A DNA stretch of 64,000 nucleotides. It comes from Candidatus Woesebacteria bacterium (lineage in GTDB: Bacteria > Patescibacteriota > Microgenomatia > UBA1400 > UBA1396). Shown here in pieces: positions 8,560 to 19,036 of this stretch. Positions within the stretch are counted from its first letter, which is position 1. Every line of letters begins with the position of its first letter. The DNA lies in the NCBI GenBank assembly GCA_021208605.1, contig JAJOJK010000003.1:9481-73480 (forward strand). Reading direction: 5' to 3'. The notes under the pieces are model-generated. The model did not search any database. It saw only the letters and a list, made by a program, of their open reading frames with translations, and had not been told where the DNA came from. Both the position numbers and the translations under genes were made by a program.

Positions 8560-9321
8560 TTAAAAAAACTTTTCTAAATGAATATGTTTCTCTTCTACAC
8601 CTCTCTTCAGCAGAATGGCCTTGGAGTCTTCAATCATACTCGAACCGCCGCATAAGAAAAAGCCAGTTTTCGATATGTCGGCAAATTCGTGAGCCAGCAA
8701 GACATCGGTCACCCGACCACTATCGAGTGGCCAATTGGCGGGCGGCTGAGACAGCATGGGTCGAAACGTAAAGTTAGCGTGCTGCTCGGCAAGCTGCGTA
8801 AATTCGTCATACCAGAACTGGTGCTCGGCATGGCGGAGACCCCAGACTAAAGTGATTGGGCGCGTGTCAGCGTCATCCACTAACAAATCTTCAATCATGC
8901 TGCGAAATGGCGCGATACCTGAGCCAGTGGCCACAAACCACAATTCTGATTCTTCCTGACCCAACACGCTATCTAGTCGAGGCACTGTAAAGCTTCCCAC
9001 CGGCCCCATAAACTCAATTTCTGCGCCAAGTTCCAGACCGCCCAAATATCGTGTCGCTTCACCTTGCGGCCGTAAATCAACGAGCAACTCAATGGCGTGC
9101 TCCAAATCTGGTTCTGAAGCAATGGAGTAACTGCGACGATACGGAGTACCAGGAACCGTCAGTAAAACATACTGTCCGGCCGTAAACGCAATTCGCGGCG
9201 GCGCTGAAAGCTCAAAGTGGTACAACGTGTAGATGTCGTTATAGATCTGCTTTTCGGACAAACGCGCCGAAAACGTCTGGATACGCGGGGCAACTGTGGC
9301 GGCGGCAGGGGTATTTGTCAT
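8560..9321 (-). CDS. FAD-binding oxidoreductase (ferredoxin-NADP+ reductase family)
   Basis: GQY, RSYSIAS, GPVGSF, ATGSGIAP, LCGG..M, EKF. Confidence 0.92.
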   Translation of the reverse strand: MTNTPAAATVAPRIQTFSARLSEKQIYNDIYTLYHFELSAPPRIAFTAGQYVLLTVPGTPYRRSYSIASEPDLEHAIELLVDLRPQGEATRYLGGLELGAEIEFMGPVGSFTVPRLDSVLGQEESELWFVATGSGIAPFRSMIEDLLVDDADTRPITLVWGLRHAEHQFWYDEFTQLAEQHANFTFRPMLSQPPANWPLDSGRVTDVLLAHEFADISKTGFFLCGGSSMIEDSKAILLKRGVEEKHIHLEKFF

Positions 9322-9403
9322 AGTGGACAGTATAGCAAGTTCTCACGTTTCTCGAAGTCAAGAATCTACTCGGATGAGAAATATTGATGAATCAACACAT
9401 AAT

Positions 9404-9451
9404 GCACTACACTGAGTGGTGAAGATGTAAGTATAGCACCACATGTAGTGC
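9404..9451. promoter_or_regulatory. Candidate tandem NrdR boxes
   Basis: GCACTACACTGAGTGG (9404) and GCACCACATGTAGTGC (9436), 32 bp apart; resemble consensus acaCwAtATaTwGtg. Confidence 0.45.
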
Positions 9452-9589
9452 AAAGACAGAGTTGTTTTCACTATAGGTTTTTCTTATTATCGAGCTGATG
9501 CAGTCAAAAAAAAACTATAAGCTTCAGAAATTTCACTGCAATTTTACCTAGTCATATGAGTCAAAAAACAATCTCTCTCTGTTCCATCC

Positions 9590-12500
9590 ATGCCGCCCGC
9601 TGAAACAAGAGATGGACAGCCATTTCTCGAGTCCGATTCGTTTCACGCCCTCACTCGGCTACGACCTGAAGAAATGGAGACAATAGACCAAATCTTTGCC
9701 TTAGCAGGTCTCCAGATTACCATTTTCCCATTAAAAAACGGAAATCTCTACGCCCTGTTTTACAATGAACTCGGCACAATTCAAGCTATCGATGCCAGAA
9801 CTCTTACTCAATGTATCGGTTTTTTCGTGGGCGCCAGCTCAGACTCACAACAAAATGCTACTGCTATTCATCAGAATCACACCGAACTGCAAAGTGAAGT
9901 GCAAACAATCAACCCTGAGTGGCAACTGCCAATTTTTAACCGCCTCTTACTCCTGGAGATTACGCAATCCCTCATATGGGAAATTTTCACTTCTATGCAT
10001 GATCTCAAGCCATCGGAAATAGAGGGTTTCAAGTATATTTTGGAGCATTACCACTATTATTTAGACATCAACTTTGGGAAAAATGGAGACAAGGCCCGTG
10101 GCCTTTTTTTTATGAATCCAGCCGCAACACCCGGAACGATTCCTCTCGAAAATGGTGAGCAGCTGGCCGGATTCGTATTACCACAAGATAACGAACGTAC
10201 TCAAAAACGCTGGCAAAAAACACTCGAAACTGAATTCTATGAAGCTACGGGGGAAAAAGGAGTTTTCTTCCCACCAGGAAAAGCCAGTGTGCTTCCTCTT
10301 TTGCAACAGTTTACTGAAAAAACACGGGGTGTTTCTCGACAGCATCCGGCATTTCTGGAATCAGAGTGGCAAACTGAGCGTCTCCGCCTGAGGGAAGAAG
10401 TTCGGCACTATTTATCACGCTTTTTCCAGCCTTATGGTATCGAGGTGCTCGACACCGCGCAGCTTATTCCGCACCAAAACCGAAATACCGAAAATGGTTC
10501 TGAATTCGTGGTAAATCGATTTCCGATGGCGGATTTTCTGTTTGTTGAAGCAGAAAAAGATACGGTTTCACTCACTCCTGTCCCGCTCATTGGTTGGAAA
10601 GCGGCAGCAGACAAAGGCCAACTCCCAACCGAAGTCACTATCTATGGAGGTGTTGGGGGAATTGGTATCGTGCCCAATACCGCTGACCTATCGGATCGAA
10701 AAACGTTCATGCGTTTAGCCAGTGGTGAGCTGCGCAGGTTTAATCCCACGCTACAACCTCATCTGGCAACTCATCCAAGCATCTTGACCGTCGACGAACG
10801 ACTTCTGCAAAAATGGCAAGAACTCGGCTCACCCATTCCAACCGAAACCGAGATTGCCCATGTAGTAGGGAGTCAGACCAGAAAACGCTCTCGTGACTAT
10901 GGTCTTGATATTCGCTCGTCAACACCACCTATCGTAGAGCTCCATCTCTACGAACCAAACGGTCCTGGTCTCTGGAACGGGCAAACAACCATGGTAGCGC
11001 ATCGTGACTCAAAAAATGCCAATGCCCTTCTTCTCGACGCAAGTTGGCCCCTAAACATTCCAATCTGGGCTCCAGGAGGAGCGAATCACTCCTATAAGGA
11101 AGGCATCGCTCCTTTTCTTGAAAAAAAACTCCTTGACCTTATTCCTCGCCTCTACAACTCTGAAGCACTCATCAATTCCATCAATACGGGTGTGCTCACT
11201 CGGGTCATGAAACTTGTTCACTCTCGCACCGATGAATATAAATACAAGAGTGTCGATGAGTATCTCCTGCTTGAAATCTACCACCGTTTTCAAAAAGATG
11301 GCCTGATCCAAATATTGCGTGAACAAGCTCGTAACCTCACCTACCAACTCATCAAAAGCGGAGAAATTGACCACCTGCTTCGCTATCTCGAGGAAAAAGA
11401 AGCTACCATCTATGGCAAACGCAAAACTCTCTATGATGGGATAGCACTCACGCATGCCCATGGAGACCACACAAAAACCAGTGCGCTTCATCGTCCTGAA
11501 ATCGTTCGCCTGAGCTCCCCAATCACCTGGGCTTTCTTGCGCGCGGACCATACCCTTTCGTATGATTGGGTAGGCCAAAGCACTGCAGTCCAACGCCTCC
11601 GAAAAATGCCCAAAGTGGGCAACAGCTATCCAGTCCTCGAATATCCTCATGTTCCACTAAACGATGGACAAACCTACGAAGTATCACCCGATATTTTTCT
11701 TACCGCTATTGCGGTTGATCACATTCCCGGAAGTATGGGTTTCCATATTGAAGTAAAACACAACGGACGCACTATTCACCGCATTTCCTATGGCGGAGAC
11801 ATGCGAGATACCCGTTTCTACCAGAAAGTACGTGAACTTGGAGGTACCGACTTACTGATTATGGAAGGCACGCATTTGCCAAAGGAGCAATATAAAGGCA
11901 AACCTATTCCTACAGAAGAACTGGTTGAAGTGCAATTAGACCAGGAAATTGCGAACGCTGGAAGCAATGCAATTGCTATCAACATCACCAGTCGTGACTT
12001 TAAGCGTCTGCACAGTATTCTTACAATTGCGCAAGCCCGCGGGCGCACGGTGATTATTTCTCCCAAAATCTTGTCGCAGTACCTAAAGTTACAAATGAAT
12101 GTCAAAGATGTTTTTCAGTCTCACTATCAAGATATTCCCGTTATCCCTATTGATGATCCCTTGATCCGCTCATGGCAGTCAGAAAAAGACACTTACACAT
12201 CAGAAGAAAAACATATTTTTCAAATTTTTAAACCCATTCAACCGCAAGATATTAACGCTGATCCACAACACTATCTGCTCATTCGTGAAGAAGAAGCCCC
12301 TCAGAAAATGGATGGTATTGGGCCCAATCTCGTCTGGATTAACTCCGCCGGCACATCTCCTGAAGTAGAACGCTACCAGAAATCATACGCTGAACAACGA
12401 GACTGGAGATACGTTTCTCGCGGCGTACGGGCGTTAGGCCACGCACCGCTTTTAGAGCCAGAGAATGATCCTCATAGCACCGGAGTGCTGGCACAAATTC

Positions 12501-12658
12501 CGACTTTGAAACCGAAAGCAATTTTGCCACTCCACACCGATGATCCCACAAAAGTAGCCCAGCTGATACGCTCCTACCCAGGAACTCGTGGCATCAATAT
12601 CTTTTCTGACCGGAAAGCGCCTCGCCTCAAAATAGACATGCGGAGAATTACACGCTAA
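9590..12658 (+). CDS. Metallo-beta-lactamase/beta-CASP (RNase J-like) nuclease with ~440-aa N-terminal extension
   Basis: LLLD, THAHGDH, DHIPGS, GGDMR, MEGT, GH and PLH motifs in order. Confidence 0.8.
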   Translation: MPPAETRDGQPFLESDSFHALTRLRPEEMETIDQIFALAGLQITIFPLKNGNLYALFYNELGTIQAIDARTLTQCIGFFVGASSDSQQNATAIHQNHTELQSEVQTINPEWQLPIFNRLLLLEITQSLIWEIFTSMHDLKPSEIEGFKYILEHYHYYLDINFGKNGDKARGLFFMNPAATPGTIPLENGEQLAGFVLPQDNERTQKRWQKTLETEFYEATGEKGVFFPPGKASVLPLLQQFTEKTRGVSRQHPAFLESEWQTERLRLREEVRHYLSRFFQPYGIEVLDTAQLIPHQNRNTENGSEFVVNRFPMADFLFVEAEKDTVSLTPVPLIGWKAAADKGQLPTEVTIYGGVGGIGIVPNTADLSDRKTFMRLASGELRRFNPTLQPHLATHPSILTVDERLLQKWQELGSPIPTETEIAHVVGSQTRKRSRDYGLDIRSSTPPIVELHLYEPNGPGLWNGQTTMVAHRDSKNANALLLDASWPLNIPIWAPGGANHSYKEGIAPFLEKKLLDLIPRLYNSEALINSINTGVLTRVMKLVHSRTDEYKYKSVDEYLLLEIYHRFQKDGLIQILREQARNLTYQLIKSGEIDHLLRYLEEKEATIYGKRKTLYDGIALTHAHGDHTKTSALHRPEIVRLSSPITWAFLRADHTLSYDWVGQSTAVQRLRKMPKVGNSYPVLEYPHVPLNDGQTYEVSPDIFLTAIAVDHIPGSMGFHIEVKHNGRTIHRISYGGDMRDTRFYQKVRELGGTDLLIMEGTHLPKEQYKGKPIPTEELVEVQLDQEIANAGSNAIAINITSRDFKRLHSILTIAQARGRTVIISPKILSQYLKLQMNVKDVFQSHYQDIPVIPIDDPLIRSWQSEKDTYTSEEKHIFQIFKPIQPQDINADPQHYLLIREEEAPQKMDGIGPNLVWINSAGTSPEVERYQKSYAEQRDWRYVSRGVRALGHAPLLEPENDPHSTGVLAQIPTLKPKAILPLHTDDPTKVAQLIRSYPGTRGINIFSDRKAPRLKIDMRRITR

Positions 12659-12984
12659 TGGGAGTCAGACGAGGAAATTTTTCCGCTGAGACTAGAGATC
12701 GTGTTCGTATCGAAGCAAACTGGTGCTGCCAAAAGTGCGGTAAAAAAACCAAAGAACTTGAAGTTCATCATCTGCTCCCAAAATCCGTGGCAAGAACTCA
12801 GTATCCGCATATCCCGGAATACATGGTTGCTTCTCCACACAACGCAGCGGCACTCTGTTCCGATTGTCATAAAGAAGAAAACAAACTGAGTTTCCGTGAG
12901 CATGCGTACTTTGCTACCCTCTTGCTTTCTCATTTTGCAGAAAATCATAGTAGGAATGAACATCAATCACTAGAGCTCCGGTAA
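12658..12984 (+). CDS. HNH endonuclease
   Basis: CQKCG...LEVHHLLP...NAAALCSDCH; TAATG overlap with the upstream gene. Confidence 0.85.
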   Translation: MGVRRGNFSAETRDRVRIEANWCCQKCGKKTKELEVHHLLPKSVARTQYPHIPEYMVASPHNAAALCSDCHKEENKLSFREHAYFATLLLSHFAENHSRNEHQSLELR

Positions 12985-13046
12985 AAAGAGGAGCAGTTGC
13001 AAATTCTCCCCATCTCCTGGCTTAATCGTGTTACAATCACCCCACT

Positions 13047-14477
13047 ATGGCGTCCCGTTTAGAAGAAATGATGCAAGCTCGACGCGATGTACGTGAGGAC
13101 ATGCTCCAAAATGGCACGAATCCGTACCCGCAAGAGGGGCATCGCACCCACACCAACCAGCAAGCACTTGATCTCGCTGATGGTAAGAAGGCCACCATCG
13201 CCGGCCGCGTGCGAGCCATGCGCGGACACGGAAAAATCCGTTTTGTTGACGTCCATGACGAGTTCACCAAAATACAAGTCGTCTTCAAACAAGACGAAAC
13301 CGCTGATTTTGCCGCCATCAAAAACTTCCACACCGGCGACTTCATTCGCGTCACCGGCGAGCGCTTTACCACCAACGCCGGCGAAGCCAGCTTGCTGGCG
13401 CGCGAGTTCGACATGCTTTCCAAAGCGCTCCGCCCGTTGCCAGATTCCTGGTACGGCTTTTCTGACGAAGAGGAACGCTATCGCCGTCGTCCGGTCGACT
13501 TAATCATGAATCCAGATGTGGCTGAAGTTTTTCGCCAACGCAGCAAGATTATTCAGTCCGTTCGCCAAACTTTGGATGAGCACAATTTCTTAGAAGTCGA
13601 AACCCCCACCCTGCAACCCATGTACGGCGGCGCCAACGCTCGCCCGTTTGTGACTCACATTAACGCCTGGGACATTCCGCAATACCTGAAGATTTCTGAC
13701 GAGTTGTATTTGAAACGCCTCATCGTCGGCGGCTTCGAGCGCGTCTACGAGATCGACAAAGACTTCCGCAACGAAGGCGTCGACCGCACGCACAATCCAG
13801 AATTCACCATGATGGAATGCTACGCCGCCTACTGGGACTACAACGACATGATGACCCTGACCGAAAAAGTCTACGAGAACGCCGCTATCGCCATTCACGG
13901 CACTACCGAAGTGGAATACCAAGGAATGAAAATTGATTTCCGCGGTCCTTGGCGCCGCTTACCCATGAAAGACGCCATCCGCGAGTACTTGGGAATCGAT
14001 GTTGATGAACTCAGCGACGACGAACTCCGCGCCGCCATCAAAGACCACAAACTCGAGTACGAAGGCGAATGGATTCGCGGCCTCGGCATCGCCACGCTCT
14101 TTGAAGCGGTGGAAGAACACTTGATTCAGCCGGTCTTTATTACTGATATGCCCCGCGAAACCACTTCTCTGTGTAAACCACACCGCGAAGATGCTTCTTT
14201 GATTGAGCGTTTTGAACCCTACATTGCCGGCTGGGAAGTTGGCAACGCTTACACCGAGTTGAATGATCCCGTTCTGCAACGCCAATTCTGGGAAGAAGAA
14301 CGTGACGACGATGATGAAGCACATCCCCTCGACGAAGACTTTATCGAGACTCTGGAATACGGCATGCCGCCAACTGGTGGTTTGGGCATGGGACTGGACC
14401 GCATGGTTATGTTGCTTACGAACCAGACTAAGATTCGAGATGTTATTTTGTTCCCGACGATGAAGCCGAGGGAATAG
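13047..14477 (+). CDS. lysS: Lysine--tRNA ligase (class II)
   Basis: OB fold, FLEVETP, GGANARPF, FRNEG, HNPEFTMME, YGMPPTGGLGMGLDR. Confidence 0.98.
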   Translation: MASRLEEMMQARRDVREDMLQNGTNPYPQEGHRTHTNQQALDLADGKKATIAGRVRAMRGHGKIRFVDVHDEFTKIQVVFKQDETADFAAIKNFHTGDFIRVTGERFTTNAGEASLLAREFDMLSKALRPLPDSWYGFSDEEERYRRRPVDLIMNPDVAEVFRQRSKIIQSVRQTLDEHNFLEVETPTLQPMYGGANARPFVTHINAWDIPQYLKISDELYLKRLIVGGFERVYEIDKDFRNEGVDRTHNPEFTMMECYAAYWDYNDMMTLTEKVYENAAIAIHGTTEVEYQGMKIDFRGPWRRLPMKDAIREYLGIDVDELSDDELRAAIKDHKLEYEGEWIRGLGIATLFEAVEEHLIQPVFITDMPRETTSLCKPHREDASLIERFEPYIAGWEVGNAYTELNDPVLQRQFWEEERDDDDEAHPLDEDFIETLEYGMPPTGGLGMGLDRMVMLLTNQTKIRDVILFPTMKPRE

Positions 14478-14669
14478 GTGAGGGACCGACCCTCAAGCTT
14501 TTAATAATTTCTTATAAGCTTTTACAATAGGCCAAAAGCAGGAATTTGCATCATACGTTCCGTCTTGCCCTTCGAGTAGCTTACAAGTACACACTTGGAT
14601 ACATACAAATTTCAGTCACAGATTGCTTTAAAAATGATTGTTATAGGCCTGAGGGTCGGTCCCTCACCT
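14476..14669. repeat. Inverted pair of REP-like family A (20-bp perfect IR) around an AT-rich spacer
   Basis: AGGTGAGGGACCGACCCTCA 14476-14495 and TGAGGGTCGGTCCCTCACCT 14650-14669. Confidence 0.8.
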
Positions 14670-15204
14670 GCTTTCTCCCGCTTAGCCACAGCGCCAGCGC
14701 AAATCGCACTAAATACGCATACGCTTCTTCCCGCGGAATCACGCCCTCAGTCAGGTACCCAAACATACCGCCCTGTTGATTGGTGTTCGTTTTCCCTTCA
14801 ATCTTGTCCATTACTTTCCCGAGCTCTTCGCCGGAGGCGAGTCCATCGACAATATACTGCGGCAGAGCGAAGCGGTTTCCAGCCAGGCTTTGTTGTTTGC
14901 CCGCGCGATCCTCAATATGTACCCAGACAATCGACTGTAACTCTTCACCAACAGACATCAAACCGCCCTCGAGTCCGAAAGCCATGTCCACGCTCGGGTC
15001 TGCTTCCAGAACAGCCAGTGCGCGATTGCGGGCACCTTGGCGCGTTTCGTCATCGGAGTACGGCTGATCGCTGACGCCACTCTCGACTGAGTATCCCTGG
15101 ACTTCATACTCAACAGACTCTCCCCGTCTGGAAAACACAAACTCCACCGCCGACTGCACGGCCGCCACTTTTACTGGATTGGTACTTCCCACGCCTATCT
15201 TCAT
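14641..15204 (-). CDS. yjjX: Inosine/xanthosine triphosphatase (YjjX family)
   Basis: GSTNPVK, SGVSDQP, GARNRA, GLEGG, GEELG. Confidence 0.92.
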   Translation of the reverse strand: MKIGVGSTNPVKVAAVQSAVEFVFSRRGESVEYEVQGYSVESGVSDQPYSDDETRQGARNRALAVLEADPSVDMAFGLEGGLMSVGEELQSIVWVHIEDRAGKQQSLAGNRFALPQYIVDGLASGEELGKVMDKIEGKTNTNQQGGMFGYLTEGVIPREEAYAYLVRFALALWLSGRKQVRDRPSGL

Positions 15205-15629
15205 TGCTGCTCCCTTTCTGCACTCCCTTGTACTACTGCCCAGTCCTCGCCACTGCGCAGCCCTTGCCAAAATAACAACGCACACTTTTGTCGACTTGGT
15301 GAAATATGCAGCAACTCCAGTTCTCTCAGTACATCCTCCGCTGACATACTTTCCCATTTTTGTATTGATGAACCAACTAATTTTTCGCTCAGCAAACTCG
15401 CCGCCGCAGTGCTCACTGCGCAGCCATCGCCTTGCCAAGTAACCGCTTTTATAATTCCTGCTTCATCAATTTTCAAAAAAATTTCCAGGGAATCACCACA
15501 ACTCGCATTCGCCGCTCGCATAACAAAAGTAGCATCAGGCAACTCGCCCCAATTGCGAGGATGTTGCGCGTGTTCCAAGATGTGTTCGCGGTATAAATCG
15601 TCCACGGAAGCTCCTCGACTAGACGCCAA
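15201..15629 (-). CDS. sufU: Fe-S scaffold/sulfur acceptor, SufU/IscU family
   Basis: LYREHILEH..PRN.G, NASCGD, GCAVSTA, RQKCA. Confidence 0.9.
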   Translation of the reverse strand: MASSRGASVDDLYREHILEHAQHPRNWGELPDATFVMRAANASCGDSLEIFLKIDEAGIIKAVTWQGDGCAVSTAAASLLSEKLVGSSIQKWESMSAEDVLRELELLHISPSRQKCALLFWQGLRSGEDWAVVQGSAEREQQ

Positions 15630-16869
15630 AAATGGTTTGTACTTGTTCTAAAGCCGCAATTAACTGATCAATATCTTCGCGCGTGTTATACACCGCAAAA
15701 CTAGCGCGCGTGGTGGCGACCCAGTCTTGCTCGGTATGCAGTGGCATCGTGCAGTGATGGCCAGAGCGAACGGCCACTCCAGAGCGATCTAAAATTTGCG
15801 CCACATCGTGCGCGTGGACGCCTTCGTACGTCCAGGTCACAGAACCAACTCGCGAGGCAAACTCTGCACCCGGCTCCGGACCAATCAACCGCACCTGCGG
15901 CACCTGCTGGAGCTGCTCATAGGCATACTGCACCAAATCGTGCTCATGCGCTTGCAACTCGGACCACCCAATCTCTTCTAAAAACTCGATCGCCGCTTGC
16001 AACCCAACCAAACTAGCTACATCTGGAGTTCCGGCGGTAAAGCGCTCAGCAAAATCTTCATGAAAACTCGTTTCTTGGGTACGGACCTCGGCGATCATGC
16101 CGCCACCGTACAACACCGGCGCAATCTCTTGAGCCAGGCGTTCGCTCACCACCAAACCGCCGATTCCCATCGGACCATACATTTTGTGCCCAGAGAAAGT
16201 CAGGGCGTCAACCGGCCAGCGATCCAAACGACTCGGCATATGCGCAGCCGACTGAGCGGCATCAACCGCCACCAGCACGTTTTTGCGCACACCCCACTTG
16301 CGCAGTTGGGCATCAATTTTCTCGAGAGGCGCCACCACGCCAGTCACATTAGACACCGCCGCCGTGGCGACCACCCGCAAACGATCTTTTTTTTCTTGCA
16401 GCAACTCAGCAAATGCGTTTATCGGCCAGGTAGATTGGTCATCCATAGGGAGCACAATAAACTCGCAACCAGTGCGCTGCGACACCATCTGCCAAGGCAC
16501 GAGCGTGCTGTGGTGCTCTTGCATGGTAACGACGATGACGTCGCCTGGTCGTAAAAACTTTTCCCACATCTGGACGAGGAGGTTCATGGCCTCGGTGGAG
16601 TTGCGGGTAGAAATCAATTGGTCGGCACGAGCACCAAAAAAAGCTGCGATTTTCTGACGAGCTTGCTCGTAGCGCTCGGTGCTCTCGTCACTTAAAGTGT
16701 GTACGCCACGATGAACGTTGGCGTTGTGGGTGCGGTAGTAGTCGCTGATTGCGGTGATCACACTCTCTGGTTTTTGCGTGGTGGCGGCGTTGTCGAGATA
16801 GACGAGTTTTTTGCCGTGTATTTGGCGTTGCAAGATGGGAACTTGTGTCTGCGTCTCATGAACTTTCAT
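15619..16869 (-). CDS. sufS: Cysteine desulfurase, SufS subfamily
   Basis: YLDNAATTQKP, NVHRG, EHHS, DAAQS, SGHKMYGP, RSGHHC. Confidence 0.96.
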   Translation of the reverse strand: MKVHETQTQVPILQRQIHGKKLVYLDNAATTQKPESVITAISDYYRTHNANVHRGVHTLSDESTERYEQARQKIAAFFGARADQLISTRNSTEAMNLLVQMWEKFLRPGDVIVVTMQEHHSTLVPWQMVSQRTGCEFIVLPMDDQSTWPINAFAELLQEKKDRLRVVATAAVSNVTGVVAPLEKIDAQLRKWGVRKNVLVAVDAAQSAAHMPSRLDRWPVDALTFSGHKMYGPMGIGGLVVSERLAQEIAPVLYGGGMIAEVRTQETSFHEDFAERFTAGTPDVASLVGLQAAIEFLEEIGWSELQAHEHDLVQYAYEQLQQVPQVRLIGPEPGAEFASRVGSVTWTYEGVHAHDVAQILDRSGVAVRSGHHCTMPLHTEQDWVATTRASFAVYNTREDIDQLIAALEQVQTIFGV

Positions 16870-16935
16870 GAGTGTAGTATACCGTGGGATAAAAACTTGA
16901 CTTTGGGAATTCTTTCAGTTTATATTTCAAACATT

Positions 16936-17181
16936 ATGGAAACACAACAAGTCCTCCCTTTCAAAGAACGAATGCTCGCTGCTTTTGATACTGCGACAAC
17001 TCTTCCCGACGGCACCCGTCAAATAAATCTCGAAAAAGAACTGCGTCCTTTGTTTAAGACCTCTCTTGAAACAAGGGGTTTCAGACCAGTAGGTATAAAT
17101 ACCACTGGTATTACTATTCCGACTACTGTAAATAGAGAAGTGTATCAATACACCGTCGATCAGGTAGAAAAGAATAAGTAA
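16936..17181 (+). CDS. Small hypothetical protein
   Basis: ATG at 16936 (METQQVLPF) fills the intergenic gap. Confidence 0.5.
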   Translation: METQQVLPFKERMLAAFDTATTLPDGTRQINLEKELRPLFKTSLETRGFRPVGINTTGITIPTTVNREVYQYTVDQVEKNK

Positions 17182-17222
17182 ACTCACCGTCCAATCTTCG
17201 CCCTGTGCTACAATCCTGAGAT

Positions 17223-18443
17223 ATGCGTATTGCGATGTACACGGACGGGTTTTACCCTTATGCAGGAGGAGTCAGCACTGCTGTACTCGCCCTAGCTGAA
17301 GAACTTGCCAAACAAGGTCATAGTATATTTATTCAGGCTCCACGGCCAAAAGGGGATGTCGATACGAGTTGGATGCATCCGAACATCACCGTAAACTATG
17401 TTCGATCGAGTGAAGTTTTTATCTATCCTGATTTTCGGATCGGCACAAAGATGCCAATCTTTATCGATACGGTAAAAGAATTTAACCCAGATATTATTCA
17501 TGTTCATACGCCGCTCAGCATTGGACTAGAAGGCATACTCGTCGCGAAACGACTGAAGCTTCCGTTGGTGCAAACTTTTCACACTTACTTCATGGACCAA
17601 GAGTACATGCGTTTATTTGGAATCCAGAATCAGCGACTCGCCAATCTCTTTACGAACGGTGGCTGGAAACTCATGAAGCTAATGTCTCGTCTATTCAGCG
17701 TCACGACCGCGCCGAGTCATTATGTGGAAAATGACTTACTCAATCGCAATGTACCGGGCGCTGTTGTGTACTGTCCGAATATTCTGCCCAATCACTATTT
17801 TGCCCCACACCCACGCCGAAAAGGAGATGTCCGCTCTTTCTTGTTTGTGGGTCGCTTAAGTCCAGAGAAACGAGTCCACATACTCCTGCAGAGTTTTGCT
17901 GAGGTCTTAAAAACCAATCCAGACAGAAATGTAGAACTGCAAATAGTGGGTGATGGGCCGGATCGTGAAGAGCTGGTGAATCTCGCTTTTGATCTTGGTA
18001 TTGCTCGCTCCGTACGCTGGCATGGCAAAATACCACATCAGGAACTCATTGACGAACACTTGTATCACATGAGTGATGTATTCATTACGGCAAGCCGCTT
18101 TGAAACGTTTGGCTACACGACTTTAGAAGCCATGGCCCATGGTCTGCCGGTCATTGCTCACGCCTACCGGGCCAATACCGAACTTATTGACGATACTGGA
18201 TATCTTGTTCCAGATACTGAGAGCGTATCCGAATCAGTTACTCTGCTCGCACAAGCAATGCAGCAGTGTCTGCATGATGACATTGCAGAAAAGAGAAAAG
18301 CCGCATACCAACGCGCTCAACAGTATCGTCCAGAAGAAGCCATTCCTCATTACGAAAAAGCCTACGATTTAGCTCGACAACTCCATCCACAGACCGCTAC
18401 TGTCGAAGAAATCGATCCATCAGAAATTGAGAATATAGCGTAA
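17223..18443 (+). CDS. Glycosyltransferase family 4
   Basis: [40 protein letters not shown]. Confidence 0.93.
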   Translation: MRIAMYTDGFYPYAGGVSTAVLALAEELAKQGHSIFIQAPRPKGDVDTSWMHPNITVNYVRSSEVFIYPDFRIGTKMPIFIDTVKEFNPDIIHVHTPLSIGLEGILVAKRLKLPLVQTFHTYFMDQEYMRLFGIQNQRLANLFTNGGWKLMKLMSRLFSVTTAPSHYVENDLLNRNVPGAVVYCPNILPNHYFAPHPRRKGDVRSFLFVGRLSPEKRVHILLQSFAEVLKTNPDRNVELQIVGDGPDREELVNLAFDLGIARSVRWHGKIPHQELIDEHLYHMSDVFITASRFETFGYTTLEAMAHGLPVIAHAYRANTELIDDTGYLVPDTESVSESVTLLAQAMQQCLHDDIAEKRKAAYQRAQQYRPEEAIPHYEKAYDLARQLHPQTATVEEIDPSEIENIA

Positions 18444-18445
18444 AC

Positions 18446-19031
18446 ATGTCCAAATTCATCTTCATCGGCCTCGGAAATCCTGGTGACCAATACGCCAACA
18501 CACGGCATAACGCTGGTTGGCTCGTGCTCGATGAGCTAATCAAACTGTGGCAAGATCCGGCCATTCCGGCCGCGTGGCGGTATGAGAAAAAAAATTTACG
18601 GCGAGGTACTCAAGCTGACACATGGACAACACGAAATCATGTGCGTCAAACCGGATACCTACATGAATGAGTCCGGTCGAGCTGCTTTGGCGGCCGTCAA
18701 ATGGTTTTTCGACATTGACCCAACGACTCGTGACCAAACACCGCTGCGCAATGTTGTTGTCCTGCACGACGATCTCGATATCGTCACAGGAGAATACAAA
18801 CTCAAATTTGCTTCTGGGCCACGAGTGCACAACGGTTACAACAGCGTGACGGAAGTGTTACATACCAATCAGTTTTGGTCGGCGCGCATTGGCATAGACT
18901 CCCGCGAGGGAGATCGTTCCATGCCTGGCAAGGCGTATGTCCTGCAAAAAATGCAACCAGAAGAACGCCAGAAATTACGCCAAACCGCCAAAATACTGGC
19001 TGAAGAACTCCCCTACGTCGTGCTACAGTAA
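18446..19031 (+). CDS. pth: Peptidyl-tRNA hydrolase, frameshifted at A8 18587-18594 (probable sequencing error)
   Basis: GLGNPG..Y..TRHNAG in ORF1; [22 protein letters not shown] in ORF2. Confidence 0.92.
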
Positions 19032-19036
19032 AAAGC

